Assembly (NCBI GenBank): GCA_020446815.1
Contig: JAGRDY010000001.1
Span: 5,203-69,202 of the forward strand
Direction of reading: 5' to 3'
Origin: Paracoccaceae bacterium
Lineage (GTDB): Bacteria; Pseudomonadota; Alphaproteobacteria; Rhodobacterales; Rhodobacteraceae
Length of the DNA stretch: 64,000 nucleotides
Positions 9,084-18,323 of the stretch are shown piece after piece. Below the pieces are notes generated by a model that was not told the origin of the DNA, made no database searches, and was given only the letters and a program-made list of their open reading frames with translations. The first letter of the stretch is position 1, and each line of letters begins with the position of its first letter. The translations under genes were made by a program, and so were the position numbers.

Positions 9084-9376
9084 TCTGCCGCATCCAGCAA
9101 CTGACCGCCACGCCCGGCGCCCACCCGGATCGCGCGGATGCCCGCCGCCGCACGCAAGCGCAGCGGCTGGTTTCCCGGCGACATGTGAATCGACCGCCAA
9201 GCAGCCCGCAGCGCGGCAGTTCGGCCGATCGGGTGTGTGCCAGAATGCTGGCACAAGCACTATCGGGACAATAAATGAGGGAAACGCTTGAAAATGATCG
9301 CCGCATTCCCGATATTCCCTCGTGAGGGTGCGCATCCGCTCCGGCGCGCGCCATAGGGATTTATCAGGAGGCTTGG

Positions 9377-10156
9377 ATGGCTGACTACAGAATCGTCGGT
9401 GCCGGTCAGGTTGGCGCCCGTACCGCTGCGATTGACGAAGGGCTTCGCGCCCATATGAACAAGGTCTACGGAACAATGTCCGTGGGCATGCTGATCACCG
9501 CTCTGGCGGCCTGGGCGATTTCCGGCCTGGCCGTGACCACGAACCCGGCGGCGGCGGTCGCACAGATCGGCGCGGGCACATATCTGACCCAGTTCGGTTC
9601 GGCCCTTTACATGTCGCCGCTCAAATGGGTGGTGATGTTCGCGCCGCTGGCCTTCGTGTTCGGCTTCGGCGCGATGATCAACCGGATGTCGGCGGCCACG
9701 GCGCAATTGGTCTTTTACTCTTTTGCCGCAACAATGGGCGTGTCGATCAGCTCGATCTTCCTGGTCTTTACCGGCATGTCGATCGTCCAGACCTTTCTGG
9801 TGACCGCCATCGCCTTCGCCGGGCTCAGCCTGTGGGGATACACGACGAAAAAGGATATCTCGGGCTGGGGTTCGTTTCTGATCATGGGTGTGATCGGCCT
9901 TCTGGTCGCGATGATCGTCAACCTGTTCATGCAGTCCGCCGCCATCATGTTCGCGGTTTCCGCGATCGGCGTGCTGATCTTCGCGGGGCTGACGGCCTAT
10001 GACACCCAGCGCATCAAGACCGACTATATCGCCCATGCCCAGCATGGCGATGCCGAATGGCTGGGCAAATCGGCGATCATGGGCGCGCTCAACCTCTATC
10101 TCGACTTCATCAACATGTTCATGTTCCTTTTGCAGCTGTTCGGAAATCGCAACTGA
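9377..10156 (+). CDS. BAX inhibitor-1/YccA (YbhL) family membrane protein
   Basis: 259-aa polytopic ORF with the family C-terminal pattern (AYDTQRIK...GALNLYLDFINMFMFLLQLFG). Confidence 0.9.
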   Translation: MADYRIVGAGQVGARTAAIDEGLRAHMNKVYGTMSVGMLITALAAWAISGLAVTTNPAAAVAQIGAGTYLTQFGSALYMSPLKWVVMFAPLAFVFGFGAMINRMSAATAQLVFYSFAATMGVSISSIFLVFTGMSIVQTFLVTAIAFAGLSLWGYTTKKDISGWGSFLIMGVIGLLVAMIVNLFMQSAAIMFAVSAIGVLIFAGLTAYDTQRIKTDYIAHAQHGDAEWLGKSAIMGALNLYLDFINMFMFLLQLFGNRN

Positions 10157-10180
10157 TCTGATGCAGACCTGACGGCAAGC

Positions 10181-10210
10181 GGGGCCGGGGAAATCCCCGG
10201 CCCTTTCGTA
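10181..10210 (+). terminator. Putative rho-independent terminator after the BI-1 gene
   Basis: GGGCCGGGG-aaat-CCCCGGCCC hairpin followed by a T-rich tail (tttcgtatt). Confidence 0.5.
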
Positions 10211-10317
10211 TTCCGGGGCAGGCATCCAGACCGGTTGCATGTTCGCTCTGCCTGTGGGTCGGCGTCCCGACGTGCCAGACTGCGTCTCGCGCGGACCGGT
10301 GGGGGGAAGGGGCTGCA

Positions 10318-10903
10318 ATGCCGTACGTCGATTTCTGGTACTCCATCGGAAGCACCTAAAGCGATCTCAGCGTCATGCAGCTTGCCGATGTCGCGCGGGC
10401 GACCGGCGTGGCATTCCGCTGGCGCCCGTTCAACGTCCGCCACGTCATGACCCTGCAAAACAACATCCCGTTCCGGGACAAGCCGGTGAAGACCGCCTAC
10501 ATGTGGCACGACATCGAGCGGCGCGCCACGGGCTGACGCCGAGGATCCCCGCGCCCTATCCGCTTGCGGAGCTCGTGTTCGCCAATCAGGTGGCCACGCT
10601 CGGCGTCGAGGAGGGCGCTGGGTCGAAGGCTTCACCCGCGCCTCCTACCGTCGCTGGTTCGAGGCGGATGAACCTGCGGGCGAAGACCCGAACCTGAGCG
10701 CAAGCCAAAGGGAAATCGGCCAGAACCCGGCAAGGGTGCGGGACGCCGCAACATCCGAAAGCACCGCAGGCGCGCTGGCGCGGGCCACCGACGAGGCGAT
10801 GGCGCTTGGCGTCTTCGGGTCGCCGAGCTTCGTGGTGAAGGGCGAAGTCTTCTGGGGAGACGACCGGCTGGAGGACGCCGTCGACTGGGCAAGGGCGCAC
10901 TGA
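10318..10903 (+). pseudogene. Decayed DsbA-family 2-hydroxychromene-2-carboxylate isomerase gene
   Basis: ATG at 10318 gives MPYVDFWYSIGST, then an in-frame TAA at 10357-10359. Homology continues (LADVARATGVAFRWRPFNVRHVMTLQNNIPFRDKPVKTAYMWHDIERRA), then shifts frame twice (GLTPRIPAPYPLAELVFANQVATLGVEEG, then WVEGFTRASYRRWF...GSPSFVVKGEVFWGDDRLEDAVDWARAH-stop at 10901-10903). The 586-nt length is not a multiple of 3. Confidence 0.8.
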
Positions 10904-10959
10904 CCCTGCCACCTGTCGCGTTCTCGCAGCGCATGCGCGCCATCGCGGACAACCGGGTG

Positions 10960-10998
10960 GTGAAAAAGCGAAAGGGCCGTGCGCTGCGGCACGGCCCC
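10960..10998 (-). terminator. Putative rho-independent terminator of rpmG
   Basis: On the minus strand, GGGCCGTGC-loop-GCACGGCCC is followed by TTTCGCTTTTTC. Confidence 0.55.
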
Positions 10999-11023
10999 CG
11001 TTGCTTGCAAGGGACAGGCGATC

Positions 11024-11191
11024 CTACTTGATCTTGCCTTCCTTGTATTCGACATGCTCGCGCTTGACCGGGTCGTACTTCCGCACGACCATCTTTTCGG
11101 TCATGGTGCGGGCATTCTTCTTGGTCACATAGAAGTGCCCGGTGCCCGCCGTCGAGTTCAGACGGATCTTGATCGTCGTCGGCTTCGCCAT
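11024..11191 (-). CDS. rpmG: 50S ribosomal protein L33
   Basis: Below the ORF-track size cutoff. Reverse strand reads [55 protein letters not shown]-stop. Confidence 0.95.
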   Translation of the reverse strand: MAKPTTIKIRLNSTAGTGHFYVTKKNARTMTEKMVVRKYDPVKREHVEYKEGKIK

Positions 11192-11414
11192 AGTTCTTCT
11201 CCACTAGCCAGGCGCAATGCCGCCCGCAATGTCCTTGAAGCCCGCCTTTTACGGATGGCGGCGGCGGAGTCAACAGGCAAAGCGTGCCCGGGGGCGGCAC
11301 TTTCACCCCCGCACACGAAAAACGCCCGGGGGCAGCGTGGTTCCAGCCGAACCGGATACGCACTTCACCTTTGTCGGGAAACTCCCGCCGGAGGCAGGCG
11401 CGCACTGGCGCGCC

Positions 11415-11444
11415 AACAAAAAACCTGCCGCCCGCAGGGCGGCA
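11415..11444 (-). terminator. Putative rho-independent terminator of the methyltransferase gene
   Basis: Minus strand TGCCGCCC-tgc-GGGCGGCA hairpin followed by GTTTTTTG. Confidence 0.55.
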
Positions 11445-11524
11445 CCGCTGGATCAGGCTGGCCCGAAGGCAGGCACCTGTGACCTGAAAGCCTTAATCCG
11501 CTCACCCCGGACCATGATCCCGGA

Positions 11525-12208
11525 TCAGGCATTCTTGCGGCAAACGAAAACCTTGCCCGGGTATTGCTCGTCCGTGCTACGGTCCAGCACTTCGTGCACG
11601 CAGCCGGCGACATCCAGCACACCGGTCAGAATCTTGTGCAAGCCCGCTTCCGTGACCCCAAAGGGATCAAGCGCATTGGCCGAATCCGGAACGTGCCCCG
11701 CGGTATGATCAATCAGCAGCATCCCGCCTGGGCGCAGCGCATCAAGCCAGGCCGCAAATGCCTTTTGCGGATCATAGGCATGATCCCAAGAATTCGAATA
11801 CACGAAATCGGCCTTGCCACTCCACTCGGGGTTCACCTCGTGGAAGTCCCACTGCACGGTGTTGGGAAACCGGTTCGCGGTCTCCGATATGTCGGTGCCG
11901 ATCACATTGGCGCCCTTCAGCTTGCGCCGGAACCAGCCCTGTTCCTTGCCGCGCCGCACCCCGTGGCAGAGGCCGAAATCGACCGGGCCCAGCGTGTTCC
12001 TGAGGTAGCCGGCCAGAAAAAAGATGTGCCCTTTCGTGACAAACTGCGCTGTCAGCTTGTCCTTGTTACCTTGCTCCTGCACCTGCCGGTAAGTCTCGTA
12101 ATCGGCGTATTTGTGCAGCACGAAGTCATCGGCTTCGACAACCTCCGTCTGGGCCGCCGCTGCCGCGTTTCGCGCTGCGTTCCTGAACATTCCGGTTTTA
12201 TTGACCAT
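11525..12208 (-). CDS. Class I SAM-dependent methyltransferase
   Basis: C-terminal 227 aa of ORF 11525..12697, from the ATG at 12208 (MVNKTGMF...). Has a GxGxG-like region (FGLCHGVRRGKEQ) and a MT-fold core (VYSNSWDHAYDPQKAFAAWLDALRPGGMLLID). The N-terminal extension in the track overlaps rnpB and is not coding. Confidence 0.7.
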   Translation of the reverse strand: MVNKTGMFRNAARNAAAAAQTEVVEADDFVLHKYADYETYRQVQEQGNKDKLTAQFVTKGHIFFLAGYLRNTLGPVDFGLCHGVRRGKEQGWFRRKLKGANVIGTDISETANRFPNTVQWDFHEVNPEWSGKADFVYSNSWDHAYDPQKAFAAWLDALRPGGMLLIDHTAGHVPDSANALDPFGVTEAGLHKILTGVLDVAGCVHEVLDRSTDEQYPGKVFVCRKNA

Positions 12209-12302
12209 CCGACCACCCGTGGCTTGCCCCGCGGCAAATACAACATGGCGCCCGTGGCGGGGGCAATAGAAATTGCCGCCCGCTTCGCGCGGGGTTGTAC
12301 AT

Positions 12303-12711
12303 GCGCGGATGGCCTGTAAGCCGGATTCTGTCCGCCCCGGACCGTGATCCGGGGTTGGATGACCATTCCTCTCGGCCCGCCGTTGCCGACGTGCTCTAGC
12401 TGCCAACCCGGGCCTCTCGGGCTGAAATCGCCTTGCGGACGGTATCCCGGACCAGGGTCCGCGACCGGCCCCGCACGAGGCCCCTATTTGGCATTGCTCC
12501 CGGTGGGGCTTGCCATGCCGTCCTTGTTGCCAAGTCCGCGGTGGGCTCTTACCCCACCGTTTCACCCTTGCCCTGTCCGAAGATCGGGCGGTTTCTTTTC
12601 TGTGGCGCTTTCCCTCGGGTTGCCCCGGCCGGGCGTTACCCGGCACCGTCACTTCATGGAGTCCGGACTTTCCTCGACAGTCGCCCGCCGCGGTCATCCG
12701 GCCATCCGCGC
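12303..12711 (-). ncRNA. rnpB: RNase P RNA, bacterial type A
   Basis: The reverse complement contains the universal blocks GAGGAAAGTCCGGACTCCAT, GGTGCCGGGTAACGCCCGG, AAGGGTGAAACGGTGGGGTAAGAGCCCACCGCG, GGGAGCAATGCCAAATAGGGG and ACAGAATCCGGCTTAC. The terminal P1 helix is GCGCGGATGGCC...GGCCATCCGCGC. Ends are approximate, within about 5 nt. Confidence 0.95.
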
Positions 12712-12721
12712 ACCTGTCCAG

Positions 12722-13393
12722 TTAGGCTTCCGCCCCGCCACCGTCAACAGGGAATCGGCGGGCAAGATCGGCGGCGATCCTGCGGTCGGCCGCATCCTCA
12801 GGGCCTGCCGCCCAGGGGCGGAAGCGCAGGCGGAACGCGGCCAGCATGACTTCTGGTTCCGCCTGCCCATAGCCGATCCGTCGCAGCGAAGCGGGAAGCG
12901 GAGCCTCCTCATCTGCCTTCTCGGGCCACACCGACAGCCCCGCGCGCGCCAGCCGCCACCAGTCGAACCGGGGGCCGGGGTCGCGCTTGCGCGCCGGCGC
13001 CACATCGGAATGGCCGATGACCCGTTGCGGGCCAATGGCCCAACGTGCCATCACATCGCCCAGCAGGCGCTCGAGCGCCGCCATCTGCGGTTCCGGGAAC
13101 GGAGCATCGCCCGGATTTGCCAATTCAATACCGATGGAATGCGAATTGACATCGGTAATGCGCCCCCATTGCCCCACCCCGGCATGCCAGGCGCGCGCCG
13201 TCTCGGGCACCAGGGACGCGACCGCGCCCGCCTCGCCGATCAGGTAATGCGCCGAAACCTCGGCCGCCGGATCGCAGAGCCGCGCCAGCGCTTCGGCGCA
13301 GCTAGGCATCCCGGTATAATGCAAAATGATCAGGCTCGGGCGTGCACCGTCACGCCGCGGGCCATAATTGGGCGAGGCAGACGCCTGTGCCAC
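12722..13393 (-). CDS. N-acetylmuramoyl-L-alanine amidase (amidase_2, AmpD-like)
   Basis: LIILHYTGM...VSAHYLIGEAGAVASLVPETARAWHAGVGQW...NSHSIGIELANPG...VIGHSDVAPARKRDPGP matches the AmpD/amidase_2 zinc-ligand pattern. Confidence 0.85.
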   Translation of the reverse strand: MAQASASPNYGPRRDGARPSLIILHYTGMPSCAEALARLCDPAAEVSAHYLIGEAGAVASLVPETARAWHAGVGQWGRITDVNSHSIGIELANPGDAPFPEPQMAALERLLGDVMARWAIGPQRVIGHSDVAPARKRDPGPRFDWWRLARAGLSVWPEKADEEAPLPASLRRIGYGQAEPEVMLAAFRLRFRPWAAGPEDAADRRIAADLARRFPVDGGGAEA

Positions 13394-13396
13394 GCC

Positions 13397-14125
13397 TCAG
13401 CCGCGGACCTTCTGGAAGGGTGTCGGATCCCAGTAACATGCAAATCCGTCGCCATCCGGATCAAGATTCTTGCGGTCGCGCTGCGGCCCGCCGGCCTTCA
13501 GGAATGCCATCTGCGCCTCTTCGGGGGTATTGAACCGGGCGCAGGCGCGTTCGGAATTGCCAAAAAGGCTGCGCCCGCGCTTGTAATAGGGTTGACCCAG
13601 CCGGTTGGGGGCATTGATCGCATATTCGATCAGGTCCGGCCCGGCGCTACTGCCCTTGCGCTGCGGCAATTCGGTTGGCGCGATCTGCTGGAACTGCGCC
13701 TTGTTCTGTTCGATACGCTCTTTGTCCGAAGCGATGGTTTCGCGCGATGCAACAGCGCTGAAATCCTGTTCGTCGGAAATGCCCGTGTTGTCGGCCGGCA
13801 TCATCTCGGCCGTCGGAGCCGCCGCTGCGGGCGCCATACCGGCCGGTTGGCCGGCATCGGGCTGTGCAACGGAATCGGGCGGTGCGGTAGCGATCGTCGA
13901 TTGGCTTTGCTGCATAAGCGCCGCTGCCGATGAAGGCGCCGGGGCCACCGGCAACTGGTTGACCGGCCCGTTTGCGGGCAGGACCGCCATCTTCGCTTCC
14001 AGCGCGCGGCGCTTTTGATAAGCACCGTAGCTTTCAAAACCGACGCCGCCCCCGCGATCATTCGGCACCGGCGGCTGGCACGCCGCCAACAGCGCGATGG
14101 CGACGCAAGGAACGACTACCCGCAT
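13397..14125 (-). CDS. Lipoprotein with C-terminal excalibur-like calcium-binding motif
   Basis: Lipobox MRVVVPCVAIALLAAC. Low-complexity Ala/Pro middle region. C-terminal NLDPDGDGFACYWDP motif. Ends 3 bp upstream of the amidase gene. Confidence 0.7.
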   Translation of the reverse strand: MRVVVPCVAIALLAACQPPVPNDRGGGVGFESYGAYQKRRALEAKMAVLPANGPVNQLPVAPAPSSAAALMQQSQSTIATAPPDSVAQPDAGQPAGMAPAAAAPTAEMMPADNTGISDEQDFSAVASRETIASDKERIEQNKAQFQQIAPTELPQRKGSSAGPDLIEYAINAPNRLGQPYYKRGRSLFGNSERACARFNTPEEAQMAFLKAGGPQRDRKNLDPDGDGFACYWDPTPFQKVRG

Positions 14126-14161
14126 GTCAGGAACTCACTTTGCCCATACCTCGCGCGCCCC

Positions 14162-15652
14162 TTACCACCATTTTGCCGGCTTGGAAACAAACCCGGCCGC
14201 GCGCTCCAGCACATAGGCGTGATTCAGCAAATCGCCCTCTTCCCAGGGTCGCCCGATCAATTGCAGACCCAAAGGCAGCCCCTGACGGTCCAGCCCCGCA
14301 GGAACCGCGATGCCCGGCAGGCCGGCAAGGTTTACCGTCACGGTAAAGACATCGTTGAGATACATGGCGATCGGGTCGGCATTTGCCATCTCGCCCAGCC
14401 CGAAGGCCGACGAAGGCGTGGCAGGCGTCAGGATCGCGTCGATTCCCTCGGCAAACACTGTCTCGAAGTCACGCTTGATAAGCGCGCGCACCTTGCGGGC
14501 ACGGTTGTAATAGGCATCATAGAACCCGGCGGAAAGGACATAAGTGCCGATCATCACCCGGCGCTGGACCTCGTGGCCGAAACCTTCGGCGCGGGTCTTT
14601 TCATACATTTCGGTAATTCCGTCGCCCTGCGCGAGCGCCGCGCGGTGCCCGTAGCGCACCCCGTCATAGCGCGCGAGGTTCGAGGAAGCCTCGGCCGGGG
14701 CCACCACATAGTAGGCAGGCAGCGCATATTTGGTGTGCGGCAGGCTGATATCGACAATCTCGGCGCCCGCATCCTTCATCATCGCGGTGCCCTCGGCCCA
14801 GAGCTTCTCGATCTCTTCCGGCATCCCCTCCATGCGGTATTCGCGCGGGATGCCGATTTTCCTGCCGCGAATGTCGCCGGTCAGCGCCGCTTCGAAATCC
14901 GGCACCGGCAGGTCGGCGCTGGTCGAATCCTTCGGATCGTGGCCGCACATCGCGCCCAGCATGATCGCCGCGTCGCGCACGTCGCGGGTCATCGGCCCGG
15001 CCTGGTCGAGCGACGAGGCAAAAGCCACGATCCCCCAACGCGAACAGCGCCCATAGGTCGGCTTGATCCCGGTGATGCCCGCGAAAGCCGCAGGCTGGCG
15101 GATCGAGCCGCCGGTGTCCGTGCCCGTCGCGCCAAGGCAAAGGTCCGCCGCCACGGCCGCGGCCGAGCCACCCGAGGAGCCGCCGGGGGTCAGGGCGGTG
15201 TCGTCATTGCCGCGCCTCCAGGGGTTGACCGCATTGCCGTAACACGAGGTTTCATTGGACGAACCCATGGCGAATTCGTCCATATTGAGCTTGCCGAGCA
15301 TGACCGCGCCCGCATCGGCGAGTTTCTGGCTGACGGTGGATTCGTACTCTGGGTGGAAGCCTTGCAAAATCCTGCTGCCGGCCTGCGAGGCGACCCCCCT
15401 GGTGCAGAACAGATCCTTGATCCCCACCGGAATACCACACATCGCCGGAGCCTTGTCATCGGCTTTCAGCCGCTCATCGGCCGCCCGCGCCCGTTCACGG
15501 GCGATCTCGGGCGTCTTGTGAACGAAGGCGTTCAAAGCCCCCGCGCCGTCAATCGCCGCGATGCAGGCCTCGGTCAGATCGGCGCTCGTCACCTCACCCT
15601 TGCGGAGCGCGTCGCGCGCGGCGGCTATGGTCAGTTCGTTCAGCCCGCTCAT
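14162..15652 (-). CDS. gatA: Glu-tRNA(Gln)/Asp-tRNA(Asn) amidotransferase subunit A
   Basis: From the ATG at 15652 ([23 protein letters not shown]...). Amidase signature [13 protein letters not shown]. The ATG overlaps the gatC stop codon (ATGA). Confidence 0.95.
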   Translation of the reverse strand: MSGLNELTIAAARDALRKGEVTSADLTEACIAAIDGAGALNAFVHKTPEIARERARAADERLKADDKAPAMCGIPVGIKDLFCTRGVASQAGSRILQGFHPEYESTVSQKLADAGAVMLGKLNMDEFAMGSSNETSCYGNAVNPWRRGNDDTALTPGGSSGGSAAAVAADLCLGATGTDTGGSIRQPAAFAGITGIKPTYGRCSRWGIVAFASSLDQAGPMTRDVRDAAIMLGAMCGHDPKDSTSADLPVPDFEAALTGDIRGRKIGIPREYRMEGMPEEIEKLWAEGTAMMKDAGAEIVDISLPHTKYALPAYYVVAPAEASSNLARYDGVRYGHRAALAQGDGITEMYEKTRAEGFGHEVQRRVMIGTYVLSAGFYDAYYNRARKVRALIKRDFETVFAEGIDAILTPATPSSAFGLGEMANADPIAMYLNDVFTVTVNLAGLPGIAVPAGLDRQGLPLGLQLIGRPWEEGDLLNHAYVLERAAGFVSKPAKWW

Positions 15653-15936
15653 TCCACCACCTTCGGCACGGCAAAGAACCCTTCGCGCGCATCCGGCGCG
15701 TTCGACAGGATCTGTTTCTGGATATTGCCATCGGTCACCACATCTTCGCGCCGCGCAAGGCGCATGGGCGTTACCGATGTCATGGGCTCGACGCCCTCCA
15801 CATCGACCTCGTTCAATTGCTCCATGAAGCTGACAATACCCGACAATTCCCCCGCCAGTCTCGGCAGGTCGTCTTCCGCGACCGCGATACGCGCCAAATG
15901 CGCCACCCGCCGGGCCGTGTCGATATCGATGGACAT
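15649..15936 (-). CDS. gatC: Glu-tRNA(Gln)/Asp-tRNA(Asn) amidotransferase subunit C
   Basis: 95-aa [57 protein letters not shown]..., canonical GatC. Confidence 0.95.
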   Translation of the reverse strand: MSIDIDTARRVAHLARIAVAEDDLPRLAGELSGIVSFMEQLNEVDVEGVEPMTSVTPMRLARREDVVTDGNIQKQILSNAPDAREGFFAVPKVVE

Positions 15937-16203
15937 GGCTGCTCCCTTCAGAAATCCCCGCCCCGTTTAGCCGGGACGCGACCCACCTGCAAGACAGCCA
16001 GGTCATCCGCTTTCGCTTTCGGCCGCCCTATCGATTCGCCCTGAGGCCCGGCCGCGTGGCCGTCACCGCTTGGTTGGTCGCAGCCGATCCTGGCAATTCA
16101 TGATGACGAAACACGACGGGCGGGTTAACCTTGATCCGCGAAGGCGCTGATCCGGTATTATCAGCGCGGACATTTCAGTTGGTCTTTGAAGGGTTTTGTA
16201 ACA

Positions 16204-17358
16204 ATGCGTATGATGTTTCTTGCAGTCTGCTTGCGGGCAATCCTGGCATGCGCCGCGACCCTCGCTATCGGATCAGGCCCCCTGACGGCGCAGGATTCGG
16301 CTGACGCTATCGGCTGGCAACTGGTTCCTGCGGCATCCTCGGTCAGCTTTCAAAGCGTCTACAATCAGAACGTCATCGAAACCAGCAAGTTCGGCATCGC
16401 TTCGGGCTCCATTTCACCCGAGGGGTTGGCAACGGTCCGGGTCAACCTCGATTCCGTCGACACCGGTAACGAATTGCGCGACGCGCGCCTTCGGTTCCTG
16501 CTGTTTGAAACCTTTCGCGACCCGGAGGCTGTCATCACGGCCAGCATCGACTGGGTCGCGTTGCAAGATCTGGCGCTGTCGCGGCGCAAGACCCTGACAT
16601 TGCCCTACCGGCTTGACCTGCACGGTGTGACCCGATCCGCCTTTGCCGACATCGTCGTGACGATGATGACCAACGACATGGTTTCGGTATCAACCGTCGG
16701 GCCAATCGCCCTGAGCACGGATGATTTCGCCATGCAAGACGGTATTCGCAAGCTGGAAGAGGCAGCGGGTGTATCCATTTTTCCGTCTCCCTCGGTCAAT
16801 TTCAACTTTGTCTTCAGACAGGCTGCCGCGCAGGATCCGCAAGATAACCGCGCCAGTCCGGGCGATGATGCCGCAGCATCGGCAACCCAGCCCGGCGCGC
16901 CCGCACTTCCGGATATTTCGGTAGCGCCGCCGCCCGAAACGCCGCCGGAAGAGGTCGCGGCGCCAGCACCCGAACCGGCCGCCCCGGCCGCGCCCGCCGC
17001 CTCTGCGAGGGGTGCAACAACACTTCGTTGCAAGATGACCAGCTATGGAGTCGTGCCGGCCGGGTCGAATATCAAGCAGCTGGTCCCGCCGAACATGACA
17101 ATTTCAATCAATGGCAAACGCGCCAGGATCGCCGGGGTGTCGAATTCCGTTGCGGTCGAGGATACGGGCACCAGGATGAAATTTCGATACAGCGGCAATC
17201 TCGTCAAGATCGGCCCCACCGATGTGTCGATGAGTCTGGTTCCGTCGAACGGTTTCCTGTCGGTGCGGACCAAGGCCCGCCGTTCGCAGGCCTGGGAGGA
17301 AGATTTTCCCGAACGGGCCGGAAGATTCACCATATCCGGCACCTGTCGGCGCGGCTGA
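16204..17358 (+). CDS. Secreted YceI-like domain protein with Pro/Ala linker and unknown C-terminal domain
   Basis: Signal peptide MRMMFLAVCLRAILACAATLAIG. YceI-like segment (VSFQS...VNLDSVDTGNELRDARLR). PAPE-rich linker. About 115-aa C-terminal domain bounded by two Cys residues. Confidence 0.65.
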   Translation: MRMMFLAVCLRAILACAATLAIGSGPLTAQDSADAIGWQLVPAASSVSFQSVYNQNVIETSKFGIASGSISPEGLATVRVNLDSVDTGNELRDARLRFLLFETFRDPEAVITASIDWVALQDLALSRRKTLTLPYRLDLHGVTRSAFADIVVTMMTNDMVSVSTVGPIALSTDDFAMQDGIRKLEEAAGVSIFPSPSVNFNFVFRQAAAQDPQDNRASPGDDAAASATQPGAPALPDISVAPPPETPPEEVAAPAPEPAAPAAPAASARGATTLRCKMTSYGVVPAGSNIKQLVPPNMTISINGKRARIAGVSNSVAVEDTGTRMKFRYSGNLVKIGPTDVSMSLVPSNGFLSVRTKARRSQAWEEDFPERAGRFTISGTCRRG

Positions 17359-17582
17359 TGGTTTCGGGATTGCCTCAAGGCCCGCGACCGGCGCGGAAAA
17401 CCCGTTTCGCACCGGGGCCTGAGTATGTTCGCAACACGGAAAGACCCTGCCGGAGGCTGCGGCGGGCCCCGATACGTCAGCAATCCGCCAGCATCACTTT
17501 TTCGGCAAATTCATTGCGATACGGCGCGATTGGTTAGACAATGAGCCACGGCATAGCGAAATCAACAAAGCGGAAATAGACT

Positions 17583-18275
17583 ATGAATATCATCTGGCTA
17601 GGCCATTCCGGCTTTCGTATGGAAATCGAGGACGCCGCAATTCTGATCGACCCCTGGCTGACCGGCAACCCGATGTTTCCCCAGGAACGGCGCGCCGAGG
17701 CGGTTAACGGCGCCACGCATATCCTCATCACCCACGGGCATAACGACCACACCGGCGATGCGCTGGCCATCGCCAAGGAATTATCCATCCCGGTGGCGGG
17801 TATCTACGATCTCATTTCATATTGGGAAGGTCGTGAAAACATCGCCGGCATCGGATTCAACAAGGGCGGCACGGTCGATCTTGGCGGCGCCAGGGTGAGC
17901 ATGGTCAATGCCTGCCACTCGTCGTCTCTGACGGGCAAGGACGGCCCCGTCTATGCAGGCCACGAATCGGGTTACATGATCGCGGGCGAAGGCCATGTGA
18001 TCTATGTGTCGGGCGACACCGACATCATGGCCGACATGGGCTGGATGGGCGATCTGCACGATCCCGATATCGGCATCCTGTCTGCCGGCGGGTATTTCAC
18101 CATGGACATGCAGCGCGCCGCCTATGCCGCAAGGAAGTTCTTCAACTTCAAGACCGTGATCCCCAGCCATTACAAAACCTTCCCCTTGCTGGAGCAATCG
18201 GCCGAAGCATTGAAAAGCGCCTTGCCAGGGGTCAATGTGATCGAGCCAGTGGTGCTGGAACCGATCGCGCTATAA
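17583..18275 (+). CDS. UPF0173-type metallo-beta-lactamase-fold hydrolase
   Basis: MNIIWLGHSGFRMEIEDAAILIDPWLTGNP...ILITHGHNDHTGDA has the MBL HxHxDH motif and the UPF0173 N-terminus. Confidence 0.85.
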   Translation: MNIIWLGHSGFRMEIEDAAILIDPWLTGNPMFPQERRAEAVNGATHILITHGHNDHTGDALAIAKELSIPVAGIYDLISYWEGRENIAGIGFNKGGTVDLGGARVSMVNACHSSSLTGKDGPVYAGHESGYMIAGEGHVIYVSGDTDIMADMGWMGDLHDPDIGILSAGGYFTMDMQRAAYAARKFFNFKTVIPSHYKTFPLLEQSAEALKSALPGVNVIEPVVLEPIAL

Positions 18276-18323
18276 ATTGCTCCGCCCGTCTCGTCTCGGC
18301 CCGCCCTGAATGCGCGGGCCGGC

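Noticed and set aside
12209-12697. N-terminal 163-aa extension of ORF 11525..12697
   Set aside because: The extension coincides with RNase P RNA on the same strand. The methyltransferase homology begins only at the ATG at 12208.
12344-13933. 529-aa plus-strand ORF, one of the longest in the track
   Set aside because: It runs antisense through rnpB, the AmpD-like amidase and the lipoprotein gene. Its translation is R/P/G/A-rich with no family resemblance. This is a typical high-GC antisense artefact.
14015-15970. 651-aa plus-strand ORF
   Set aside because: It is entirely antisense to gatA and gatC, which have unambiguous family signatures. The composition is Arg/Gly/Pro-biased and no motifs are present.
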